Below, piece after piece: positions 1 to 9,296 of a stretch of DNA of 64,000 nt. Below the pieces are notes generated by a model, which made no database searches, had not been told where the DNA came from, and was given only the letters and a program-made list of their open reading frames with translations. The stretch comes from Candidatus Nomurabacteria bacterium GW2011_GWE2_34_25 (lineage in GTDB: Bacteria > Patescibacteriota > Minisyncoccia > Phycocordibacterales > UBA9973): the NCBI GenBank assembly GCA_000990325.1, contig LBPS01000002.1, positions 9,562 to 73,561 on the forward strand. The letters run 5' to 3'. Position 1 is the first letter of the stretch; every line of letters begins with the position of its first letter. The position numbers and the translations under genes were made by a program.

Positions 1-25
1 GTGCCGAAAACTAAAGACAAGTAAA

Positions 26-136
26 AGAGAAGACGGAGAATATTAAAAATAAACTCGCTTATCCCTCTCCGCAAGTATTAACTTGCTCCGGCGCGCCCAC
101 ACCTACTCGTTTATTTTTAACATTCTCCGTCTTCTA
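26..136. repeat. Long imperfect hairpin / MITE-like element: perfect 14-bp terminal inverted repeats (AGAAGACGGAGAAT 28-41 / ATTCTCCGTCTTCT 122-135) plus nested 10-bp inverted repeat (AAAAATAAAC 46-55 / GTTTATTTTT 110-119) and an inner hairpin GCAAGT-attaa-ACTTGC
   Basis: Inverted repeats read directly from sequence; window edge prevents seeing upstream context. Confidence 0.35.
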
Positions 137-172
137 ACCCAGCCCTAAGCAACGCTTAGGGCTGGGTTTTGT
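136..172 (+). terminator. Rho-independent terminator (AACCCAGCCCTAAGC-aac-GCTTAGGGCTGGGTT followed by TTTT)
   Basis: 15-bp GC-rich stem followed by T-run. Confidence 0.6.
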
Positions 173-217
173 ATTTGCATAATAACCAGTTTTTAGCTAA
201 TATATAAGAGTTTAACA

Positions 218-291
218 TCCGCCCTTAGCTCAGTTGGTTAGAGCATCGAGCTTATACCTCGAGGGTCCCACGTTCGAATCGTGGAGGGCGG
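218..291 (+). tRNA. tRNA-Ile (anticodon TAT)
   Basis: Cloverleaf folds by eye: acceptor CCGCCCT/AGGGCGG, D-arm GCTC-AGTTGGTTA-GAGC, anticodon stem TCGAG/CTCGA with loop CTTATAC, T-arm CCACG-TTCGAAT-CGTGG, discriminator A. Confidence 0.8.
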
Positions 292-296
292 ACAAA

Positions 297-330
297 AATA
301 AAAAATCTCACAGTTATGTGAGATTTTTTA
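297..330. terminator. Bidirectional terminator hairpin (AAAAAA-TCTCACA-gtta-TGTGAGA-TTTTTT) between tRNA-Ile and recG 3' end
   Basis: Stem flanked by A-run and T-run. Confidence 0.6.
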
Positions 331-2643
331 TTCAAAATGCAATTTTAAATTCTTTTCCAAAAGTGTTTTTCCTAAAATAGGGTATTTCTTTAAATCTTCA
401 TCTTTCTCTATTATTCTAATAGCTTCTGTGCGGGCTGCTTCTACCATTTTAATATTCTTAATAGCTTCCATTCCTAAGTCTGTAATACCCCATTGTTTGT
501 CGCCAGAGAGAAGGCCAGCCCCGCGAAGCTGTAAGTCGAGCTCGGCAAGCTCAAAACCATTGGTAGCCTTAGTCAGAGCTTTTAGTCTATCTATGGTTTT
601 TTCACTTTTAGCATCAGCAAATAAGTAGCAGTATGACTGGTGGTTTGAACGGATGACTCGACCCCTTAGCTGGTGGAGCTGAGCAAGTCCGAACCTTTCA
701 GACCCTTCTATTATTATAACTGTTGCATTTGGAACGTTTACTCCGACTTCTATTACAGAAGTAGAAACAAGGATGTCTATTTTCTTTTCTGCAAAGTCCT
801 TCATGACCTTTTCCTTCTTATCCTTGGTCATTTTACTGTGCATTATATCAATGTTGTAATTTGGAAAAATATCTTTCTTGAGCCTCCTAGCTTCGGTGGT
901 TACTGCTTTGAGATCGGACATATTGTTCCCGTCAGCACGCAATAAAACCTTACTAGGTTTTTTACTAGTACTCGGACCGTCGTCCTCTGTAATGCTTCCT
1001 GGAATAATATGTCCGACCTCTTCGCTACCTTCTATCTTCGGACAAATAACATAAAGCTGTCGGCCCTCCGCCAGTTCTTTTTTAATTTTTTCATATGCTT
1101 CGACTCTTTTATTTTCAGGAACTATTTCGGTTATTACTTTTTTACGTCCCTCTGGCATTTCATCTATAATACTTAAATCTAAGTCTCCGTAGATAGTGAG
1201 AGCCAGTGTACGGGGGATAGGGGTGGCCGTCATGGAAAGATAGTGTGGGGCATGTCCGTCCTTTTTGGCAAGTTTCATTCTTTGATTTGTTCCAAAGCGA
1301 TGTTGCTCATCTATGATAACTAGACCCAAATTTTCAAATTCTACAGTTTTGGATATGAGAGCATGAGTACCGACAACTATCGGTATCTCTCCATTTTTGA
1401 TCCATTTGAGGAGCTGACTTTTAGAAATAGTTGTCCAAGTTTTTACTTGTGCTCCGTTCTCCCATCTTGCAGACTTGCTTGGGTATTTCCGACATCCAGA
1501 GCCTGTCATAAGAGCTATGGAAATACCTGTATGTTCAAAATACCCTATAAAGTTCTCAAACAGTTGCGTTGCCAGCACTTCGGTCGGAGCCATGTAGGCA
1601 ACTTGTAAATTACCAAAGTCTCCATATCGTGAAGTACCAGTTGTATTCTTTATAACTGCATAAGCAACAGTTGCAGCGACGAAAGTCTTACCAGACCCCA
1701 CGTCTCCCTCGATGAGGCGTGACATAGGCTTGTCTTTCACTAGGTCGTCTAGGATAGTATCGATAGCACCTGTCTGTGCTTTAGTCGGGGTGAAAGGGAA
1801 ACGGGAAATAAAGTCATTGATATCTTTGTGCGGAATTTTTAATTTATATGAAAAGAGTGATTCGTATTTTTTCTTTTCTTGTTGGCGAGCAAGTTGGACG
1901 AAGAAGACTTCTTCAAATGCGAATCTTTTGCGAGCAATCTCGGCATGCTCTTTCTTTTGTGGCATATGAACCCAGAATAGAGCCGTATGTAGGGCCGGTA
2001 ATTTGTAAGTATTTAATATATCAGTAGGGATGTAATCTAGAATTTTTGTCGTACAATCCTGTTTGAGTATTTTTTGTATTGCATGATAAAACCATTTAGA
2101 AGTTATACCACGAGATTCTCTATATACAGGGAATCCAAATTGAGTCTGTGCTCCCTTATTGCTGAAAAGTGAATCATGAATATCTATCGGAAGGATATCC
2201 TCTTTTGTTATTTCCGGGTTTGTAAGAGTAAGTCCATATGTTTTACTCTCTGTTACTTTGCCCGTTACTCGCACAGTAGAGCCCTCCTTCAGCATCTTTG
2301 CTAAATATGGCTGATGAAACCAAACTATGTTTATGGAGCCTGTTAAATCCGATAGGATTGCTTGGCCCATAGGAATCTTACTCTTAAACCCTTTTTTAGT
2401 TTTGAGGCTTGATATTTTCCCTAGGATTGTAACATTTTCTCCATCAGCCAGAGTATTTATATTCCTTACTTCACTGATATCGCTATATCGAGACGGGAAG
2501 TGATAAAGTAAGTCTTTCAAAGTAATGAGATCCAATTGTCTCAAAGCCTTTTTTTGATTTATATCGATTCGAAAATGATTTTCGATTTTATCAGCAAGAT
2601 TCATCTGTTTATTTGAATAATAACTTGTGTACAGTGAGAGCAA
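328..2643 (-). CDS. recG: ATP-dependent DNA helicase RecG
   Basis: 771 aa; wedge domain and helicase motifs (GDVGSGKT Walker A, DEQHRFG). Alternative start at M14 (nt 2604) gives an ATGA overlap with the mscL stop. Confidence 0.9.
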   Translation of the reverse strand: MLSLYTSYYSNKQMNLADKIENHFRIDINQKKALRQLDLITLKDLLYHFPSRYSDISEVRNINTLADGENVTILGKISSLKTKKGFKSKIPMGQAILSDLTGSINIVWFHQPYLAKMLKEGSTVRVTGKVTESKTYGLTLTNPEITKEDILPIDIHDSLFSNKGAQTQFGFPVYRESRGITSKWFYHAIQKILKQDCTTKILDYIPTDILNTYKLPALHTALFWVHMPQKKEHAEIARKRFAFEEVFFVQLARQQEKKKYESLFSYKLKIPHKDINDFISRFPFTPTKAQTGAIDTILDDLVKDKPMSRLIEGDVGSGKTFVAATVAYAVIKNTTGTSRYGDFGNLQVAYMAPTEVLATQLFENFIGYFEHTGISIALMTGSGCRKYPSKSARWENGAQVKTWTTISKSQLLKWIKNGEIPIVVGTHALISKTVEFENLGLVIIDEQHRFGTNQRMKLAKKDGHAPHYLSMTATPIPRTLALTIYGDLDLSIIDEMPEGRKKVITEIVPENKRVEAYEKIKKELAEGRQLYVICPKIEGSEEVGHIIPGSITEDDGPSTSKKPSKVLLRADGNNMSDLKAVTTEARRLKKDIFPNYNIDIMHSKMTKDKKEKVMKDFAEKKIDILVSTSVIEVGVNVPNATVIIIEGSERFGLAQLHQLRGRVIRSNHQSYCYLFADAKSEKTIDRLKALTKATNGFELAELDLQLRGAGLLSGDKQWGITDLGMEAIKNIKMVEAARTEAIRIIEKDEDLKKYPILGKTLLEKNLKLHFE

Positions 2644-3014
2644 CGCTTGGCATCTATGGGTATTTCACTTAGACACTCATTACACTTCTTTGTTGTTGGA
2701 TCAGATGGAGGTTCTTTGTGTGATCGTGAGACAAGTAAATTCATTGGCTTAACAACAAAAAAGAACACAGAAGAAGCTACCAACAAGAATGATATGAGAG
2801 TATTTATAAAGTGTCCGTATTTAAACTCACTCCCATTGATCGTGAATAATAATCCATTAAAATCAGGAACTTTTGCAATAGCAGAAATGAAGGGAGTAAG
2901 TAGATCTGTTACTAATGATGTAACAATAGTTCCAAAAGCCGCGCCAATAACGACACCGACGGCCAAGTCGACAACATTCCCTCGAAGTAAAAATTGTTTG
3001 AATTCTTTGAGCAT
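2601..3014 (-). CDS. mscL: Large-conductance mechanosensitive channel MscL (with C-terminal Cys-rich tail)
   Basis: N-terminus MLKEFKQFLLRGNVVDLAVGVVIGAAFG is the classic MscL signature. Confidence 0.85.
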   Translation of the reverse strand: MLKEFKQFLLRGNVVDLAVGVVIGAAFGTIVTSLVTDLLTPFISAIAKVPDFNGLLFTINGSEFKYGHFINTLISFLLVASSVFFFVVKPMNLLVSRSHKEPPSDPTTKKCNECLSEIPIDAKRCSHCTQVIIQINR

Positions 3015-3061
3015 AAAAATACCTTATTATTTAATAATATAAATTATAGCATATTTTATTT

Positions 3062-3148
3062 GCGGAGGCGGTGAGATTCGAACTCACGGTACCGATTAAA
3101 GTACGACGGTTTAGTAAACCGTTGATTTAAACCACTCATCCACGCCTC
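3062..3148 (-). tRNA. Type-II (long variable arm) tRNA, Ser-like, with unusual anticodon loop TTACTAA (anticodon ACT)
   Basis: Minus-strand fold: GGAGGCG-TG-GAT-GAGTGGTTTAA-ATC-A-ACGGT-TTACTAA-ACCGT-long arm-GTGAG-TTCGAAT-CTCAC-CGCCTCC-G. D-loop is nearly identical to E. coli tRNA-Ser; discriminator G. Confidence 0.6.
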
Positions 3149-3283
3149 CTCACTTCGTTCGTCGGCGTGTCTTCGTGTCCTTCCGGACCCTTCCCTCAAG
3201 CTAGTGCTCACACATAGCTTGTCGGATAAAAGTATCCGAACGGATGAAATATAAAGCAGTTTACATTTCATATCCACGCCTCC
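3149..3283 (-). ncRNA. Candidate structured ncRNA just upstream of the type-II tRNA, bounded by a 12-nt direct repeat of the tRNA 5' end. GC-rich, several hairpins, including GUCC-GGAA-GGAC resembling the SRP RNA domain IV tetraloop
   Basis: ATCCACGCCTCC at 3137-3148 and 3272-3283; local GC well above flanks; hairpins TCGGATA/TATCCGA, AAGCTA/TAGCTT, GTCC-GGAA-GGAC. Confidence 0.3.
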
Positions 3284-3374
3284 AATTTTTCTATCTTAGC
3301 ATATTTATCTTTAAATATAAAATTATAATTTTTGAGTAAAAATCATTAATATGATAAGGTATAATTGTAACAAA

Positions 3375-3461
3375 GGAGCCGTGTCAGAGTGGTCTAACGT
3401 ACCTCTTTGCTAAAGAGGCAGGGTGTAAAAGCCCTCGCGAGTTCGAATCTCGCCGGTTCCG
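3375..3461 (+). tRNA. tRNA-Ser (anticodon GCT)
   Basis: Acceptor GGAGCCG/CGGTTCC (one G-U), anticodon stem CCTCT/AGAGG with loop TTGCTAA, long variable arm, T-arm GCGAG-TTCGAAT-CTCGC, discriminator G. Confidence 0.85.
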
Positions 3462-3551
3462 CATTAGTTATTTTACTGCAAAGTTTGACAAAAATCATAT
3501 AAAAAGTAATGTATATAAAAAAGTAAATCCTAAATTTTAAAACATATCAAT

Positions 3552-4241
3552 ATGGATAAAATAGTTGAGGTAATGCAGTTTCATCACAATGCCGTGGTAG
3601 AATCACTAAGATATAAGAGAGGCATTGATTACTATCCAGTGGACAGAATTCATACTTATGAATATTTAAAATCTTTTCCTGAATGGACGGAGAAGATTGG
3701 AAAATATTTTGAAGAACTTCACAGTGAATCTTTAGGTGTGGTCCATGTAGATATATGTGGGCGAACTGAGGCTCAATCTCTTGGGGCTGACAAAAGCTAT
3801 TGCTTTTCACTGAAAGCATCTGACATTACTAGAGCTTTTGCTCCTCCCCATCAGCTATTCTTTGATGGTGATATTTTTAACACAACAGATTTTTCAAGTT
3901 TTATTAAGTTGATAAAAGATGAGAAGCCTGCTTTGATCACTTTTGAACCTCTTGCTGGGTTAGAAGATCACATGAACTCACCAGATAAAAATATCACGTA
4001 CAGCATTCTTTTGAAAAGACTGAGGTCTCTATTGAAGGTAATGCAGTCTGGTGGTTTTATCTACATATCGAAACCATTCAATGATATTGATATGGTGGTG
4101 GAGTTTATGGAAGGCAAATCACAATTCGAGTACACTTTCACTCATAAGTTGAAAGAATTTGTCAAAAGTTTGGATTGTCGTATTGAAGTTATTTCTTCGC
4201 TTGGCGGTCCATATTTCTTAATACAAAAGCTTAACTCCTAA
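3552..4241 (+). CDS. Hypothetical protein (weak methyltransferase-like motif VVHVDICGRTEA)
   Basis: 229-aa ORF with no recognisable family. Confidence 0.45.
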   Translation: MDKIVEVMQFHHNAVVESLRYKRGIDYYPVDRIHTYEYLKSFPEWTEKIGKYFEELHSESLGVVHVDICGRTEAQSLGADKSYCFSLKASDITRAFAPPHQLFFDGDIFNTTDFSSFIKLIKDEKPALITFEPLAGLEDHMNSPDKNITYSILLKRLRSLLKVMQSGGFIYISKPFNDIDMVVEFMEGKSQFEYTFTHKLKEFVKSLDCRIEVISSLGGPYFLIQKLNS

Positions 4242-4282
4242 TAAGATTTAAGCTTTTTAATTTTTTGATAAAAGTATGTTAA

Positions 4283-5581
<1,299 letters not shown>

Positions 5582-5732
5582 AGTACCGGGCTTCGAGTCG
5601 AATAGCTCTCTTAGGACTATTCTATCCCTTAGGTGATTCTGGTGAATCAAATTCTCTGCTGAGATTTTGCTCTTCTCGGTCCGTCGACCTGCGAAAGGCA
5701 TTTTTCAGAGACTATTTGGCTCTACGCCTTAA

Positions 5733-5948
5733 ATGCTTTTATTTTTGACTATTTTAAGTTACAATAAGTATATGGATTTTATACAAACATTAATACAAAC
5801 TATCTGGGCTTCAATATTATTATTAGGCTGGATTAAAGTTGCTATCGTGGTTGTCGCTATTTTATTTATTTCTAAGTATCAAGGCCTGCTGGGACTTCTA
5901 GCGACTGCTTTATTCATTGCTTACTTGGCTCATTGGATAAGTTTTTAA
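5733..5948 (+). CDS. Small membrane protein (2 TM), hypothetical
   Basis: 71 aa, hydrophobic, followed by terminator. Confidence 0.4.
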   Translation: MLLFLTILSYNKYMDFIQTLIQTIWASILLLGWIKVAIVVVAILFISKYQGLLGLLATALFIAYLAHWISF

Positions 5949-5960
5949 TTACTAGTTATA

Positions 5961-6000
5961 AAATACCCTGTGAGGCAAAGTCCAACAGGGTATTTGTTTT
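5961..6000 (+). terminator. Rho-independent terminator (AAATACCCTGT...ACAGGGTATTT + T-run)
   Basis: 11-bp stem followed by GTTTTTT. Confidence 0.65.
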
Positions 6001-6074
6001 TTGACAAAAAGCTAATAATAGGTTATATTATACTCAAATTGAACTAGCGTTTAGTTCAATAAAAATATTCTTTT

Positions 6075-6452
6075 ATGAGTGAAAAAAACAGATATTCGGA
6101 AGACGAGTTAGGAGAATTTAAACAACTAATTCTCGACAAGCTTGCAAAAGCTCAAAAGGACTACGAAATGTACAAAAGCTCCATAACCCAGAGCGATGGA
6201 AATGACACACAGGATACTGCTCCGACCTTTAAAGTTTTGGAAGAAGGAGCCGCAACCTTGTCTAAAGAGGAAGCAGGGAAACTGGCCCAACGCCAGCAAA
6301 AGTTTATTCAGTATCTGCAAGCCGCTTTGGTTCGTATCGAGAACAAAACTTACGGAATTTGTCGCGAAACCGGCAAGCTGATTTCGAAAGAACGTTTACG
6401 GGCTGTACCACACGCCACCTTGAGTATTGATGCTAAAAACAATCAGAAGTAA
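6075..6452 (+). CDS. DksA/TraR-family (YteA-like) regulator with degenerate C-terminal zinc finger
   Basis: Coiled-coil N-terminus and C-terminal GICRETGKLISKERLRAVPHATLS with a single Cys. Confidence 0.5.
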   Translation: MSEKNRYSEDELGEFKQLILDKLAKAQKDYEMYKSSITQSDGNDTQDTAPTFKVLEEGAATLSKEEAGKLAQRQQKFIQYLQAALVRIENKTYGICRETGKLISKERLRAVPHATLSIDAKNNQK

Positions 6453-6467
6453 AAAAACTTCTGAGGG

Positions 6468-6507
6468 GAGCTTGATTTACGTTTAGTGAATCAAGCTCTT
6501 TCTTTTG
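6468..6507 (+). terminator. Terminator hairpin GAGCTTGATT...AATCAAGCTC + T-rich tail
   Basis: 10-bp stem then TTTCTTTTG. Confidence 0.55.
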
Positions 6508-6540
6508 AAAAAATAATTTTTGAGGTATAATGCAAAATAT

Positions 6541-6693
6541 ATGAAACCACAATTTAATAAAACATGGTTAGTGATAGCCTTAGTTATTATTGGTAATATT
6601 ACAATTTTTTATTTCATGTCACAAAGTCTTGAAAGCTACGTGGCAGACAACATGATAGAGCATACTCAAATACCCGGAATTTCTGGTATTTAA
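6541..6693 (+). CDS. Unlisted small ORF (50 aa; one TM): MKPQFNKTWLVIALVIIGNITIFYFMSQSLESYVADNMIEHTQIPGISGI
   Basis: ATG-initiated ORF read manually; below the 60-aa cutoff of the ORF track. Confidence 0.25.
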   Translation: MKPQFNKTWLVIALVIIGNITIFYFMSQSLESYVADNMIEHTQIPGISGI

Positions 6694-6715
6694 TAGTTTA
6701 TAATTTTTAATATAG

Positions 6716-7258
6716 ATGAAGAACAATAATTTAACAACAAGCCAAGTGATTAAAAAAGATATATGGAAACACATATATAGATTTTTCCCTTGGGTTCAGG
6801 AACATTTTTTAAAATGGCATTTAGTCTGGCATGAAAAGGGCCGTCAGCCTTATCATATTGGATGGTTGGCTCCTGGTAAAACTCTCGAAGAACTTGAAAA
6901 ACATTTACACACGGAATGGGGCTTTGGTAATCACTTCGTGGCCTGGAAGGACAACGGGCAAGTTCTTTCTTGGCGTAAATTAGAAGATTTTGATAATCAA
7001 TATCACATTCGTGTTTTTAAAGATGGGGAGATAAGAGGTCACCACGAATTCACTCCTGAGAGTAAGCCCTTTGATCATTTTGTGGAAATAAATGAAGAAC
7101 AACGCCCAGATGAATTTAAAAAGTTTCTCGGACACTATATCGTTCAGAAGAAATATATATCACATTTGAAAGTTGACAGAAAGACAGCTCCGGATTCAGA
7201 GATAACCGTTGATGACCCACTTGATAAAAATGGAAGACACTATAGACTTGTAAAGTAG
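6716..7258 (+). CDS. Hypothetical protein (His/Trp-rich)
   Basis: 180 aa, no recognisable family. Confidence 0.45.
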   Translation: MKNNNLTTSQVIKKDIWKHIYRFFPWVQEHFLKWHLVWHEKGRQPYHIGWLAPGKTLEELEKHLHTEWGFGNHFVAWKDNGQVLSWRKLEDFDNQYHIRVFKDGEIRGHHEFTPESKPFDHFVEINEEQRPDEFKKFLGHYIVQKKYISHLKVDRKTAPDSEITVDDPLDKNGRHYRLVK

Positions 7259-7280
7259 AAAGTTATAAAGTTACAAATAA

Positions 7281-7312
7281 AATGCGTCGGCGTAACCGAC
7301 GTATTTTATTTA
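7281..7312. terminator. Bidirectional terminator (AAAATGCGTCGG-cgtaa-CCGACGTATTTT) between convergent genes
   Basis: Stem flanked by A-run and T-run. Confidence 0.6.
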
Positions 7313-7360
7313 TATTTAATATTTTTCCTTTATAAACTTTATAACCTTCAACTTTACAAA

Positions 7361-8560
7361 CTATTTAATCTTCGATTCTGGATAAATTATGTCCCAAAGA
7401 GCACCAGCAACGTTGCGGGGAGTTCCTACGAGGGGGAAGTGGTGGAGGTCTATGAATGGAGCAGAGTTACATTCTATAACTCCACTTCTTGGTTGATCTT
7501 TCCACGAGATCGATACATCGTTCATAATAAAGTCTACTCCGATAAGCGGATCATCGAGTACTTCGGCAATCTTCTCAAGCATTGCTATATTGTCAGGATG
7601 TATGACATCGGTCATATCTGTAATACCACCTCCGACGGCACGACTTGTCTTCTGTCCCAGGGTTACTATCTCTTTGTCTTTTGGAATTGTATCTGGAGTC
7701 TTACCCCAATTGGTAAGTTCTAGGGTAGCTTCATCGTCAAGTTTCAATTGGTGGAAAATAGGTCCGGCTCGAAGCGGATTTTTGTTTTCAATATCTATCA
7801 GTTCTTTTACTGTATGTACACCGTCACCTATAATATAAGCTGGTTCACGACGGAGGCAGGCAACAAATTTTTTACCAATAAGTGTACCTCTAAAGACATA
7901 TCCAGAAAGTTCTTCTTCTATCATAACCCAAGGAGAGAGAAGGTGGGCTGACTTGTAGGCTTTTATAAGTTCTTCTTCTGTTGATATATGAGTTCTCGTA
8001 TGGCGACTTCTTGAGCCTAAGTTTGGCTTTGTTATTACGGGCTTATTTATAGAGTTAAATATTTTAAGAGCCTGCTTCTTACTACTTGCGATACCTCCTT
8101 CTGCTACAGGGATTCCTGCTTTTTTAAAATGTTTTTTCATTTCATTTTTATTGTCCATCCATTCTAAGCCTTTTGGATTGTAGTCTTTAGTACGAGGCAG
8201 AACGTCGAAGAACCGAGTCTCACCTTTAAATTTTGAAGTGAAGATGTCACGGCCAATTCCAAATAGAAGGAATTCATTCATAGCTATATTTCTTTTTTTT
8301 GCTTCTTCCCACAATACTTTAGCCCTTAGGCTATCTTTCTTTGTTGGTTCATATATAAAATTACCTAAGTAGAGTAACGATAAAGTTTTGGTTAATATGG
8401 GTCCTAGCCATTCGAGCTTGTCTTCTGGTATAAGTCTGCCCATCCAGTTTGTCCAAGGCTCGATCATGGCACTTAGCCAGATAGAAATATAAACAAGTTT
8501 ATGATTCACCTGTGCCCCTCCACAATCCGCACAATAATTCTTCTTTTTTGTATCTTGCAT
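7361..8560 (-). CDS. Stand-alone ATP-grasp ligase resembling the N-terminal half of cyanophycin synthetase (CphA); lacks the Mur-ligase half
   Basis: Motif pattern RREPAYIIGDGVHTVKELI...NPLRAG...GGGITDMTDVIHPDNI...IGVDFI matches CphA ATP-grasp region. Confidence 0.5.
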   Translation of the reverse strand: MQDTKKKNYCADCGGAQVNHKLVYISIWLSAMIEPWTNWMGRLIPEDKLEWLGPILTKTLSLLYLGNFIYEPTKKDSLRAKVLWEEAKKRNIAMNEFLLFGIGRDIFTSKFKGETRFFDVLPRTKDYNPKGLEWMDNKNEMKKHFKKAGIPVAEGGIASSKKQALKIFNSINKPVITKPNLGSRSRHTRTHISTEEELIKAYKSAHLLSPWVMIEEELSGYVFRGTLIGKKFVACLRREPAYIIGDGVHTVKELIDIENKNPLRAGPIFHQLKLDDEATLELTNWGKTPDTIPKDKEIVTLGQKTSRAVGGGITDMTDVIHPDNIAMLEKIAEVLDDPLIGVDFIMNDVSISWKDQPRSGVIECNSAPFIDLHHFPLVGTPRNVAGALWDIIYPESKIK

Positions 8561-8577
8561 GGATATATAATATCAGA

Positions 8578-9252
8578 CTAGTGTGCTACTGCAAAGCCGA
8601 CGACTTTTTTAGCACCATTTTTCTTTAGGACTTTCATCATTTCAAGCATTGTACCACCGGTCGTTGTGACGTCGTCTATTATGATTATTGTTTTTCCTTT
8701 CACTGAAGCTCCAACACTCAATTCGAATGCTCCTTTTATGTTTTGTAATCTTCTTGTTCTGTTAGTTAGTTTGGCTTGAGGTATGGTGTTTGATTTTTTT
8801 ACTATGGTTTTATTTTTTAATTGGAAAATACTTTTCTCTGCAGAGTAGCAGAAACTTCTAGCAATTATTTCTGATTGATTGTATCCTCTATTCTTTTTTT
8901 TATCATGAGATATTGGTACAGGTACAACTAAGATAGGGAAGCCTTGAGAGAAGATTTGCAAAGAGGAGACCTCTTCTATAAGTTCTTTATAAAGTAGCTG
9001 TCCAAACCTCTGGCCTATATATGGAGTTTTATGATATTTGAGTTTCCAGATAGACTCTTTGACAATAGGGTCCCTATAATCATAGAGAGAGATTACATTA
9101 CTCGCTGTTTCTCTTTCTGTTAAATGTAATTTATTTACACAATCATCACACAATACGATACCCCGGAGATGACAACTAAGACATTTAGAAGGAAATAATA
9201 TTTCTAAAAATAGATTAAACCCTTTTTTAATTATAAAAATAGCCTTTTCCAC
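8578..9252 (-). CDS. comFC: ComF family protein (ComFC, phosphoribosyltransferase-like competence protein)
   Basis: N-terminal CxxC...CxxC zinc finger; C-terminal PRTase motif IIIIDDVTTTGGT. Confidence 0.8.
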   Translation of the reverse strand: MEKAIFIIKKGFNLFLEILFPSKCLSCHLRGIVLCDDCVNKLHLTERETASNVISLYDYRDPIVKESIWKLKYHKTPYIGQRFGQLLYKELIEEVSSLQIFSQGFPILVVPVPISHDKKKNRGYNQSEIIARSFCYSAEKSIFQLKNKTIVKKSNTIPQAKLTNRTRRLQNIKGAFELSVGASVKGKTIIIIDDVTTTGGTMLEMMKVLKKNGAKKVVGFAVAH

Positions 9253-9296
9253 TTCTTAATTTTACTATATATATGTTATACTAGGTAGTAATAATT

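Noticed and set aside
3056-3277. 73-aa minus-strand ORF in the ORF track
   Set aside because: It completely overlaps the type-II tRNA and the GC-rich structured region; it is a reading-frame artefact.
5582-5732. Possible ncRNA in the spacer after eno (GGTCcgtcGACC hairpin, CTTAGG direct repeat)
   Set aside because: Only weak, short structures; no recognisable RNase P, tmRNA, 6S or riboswitch motifs; cannot be supported without covariance-model searches.
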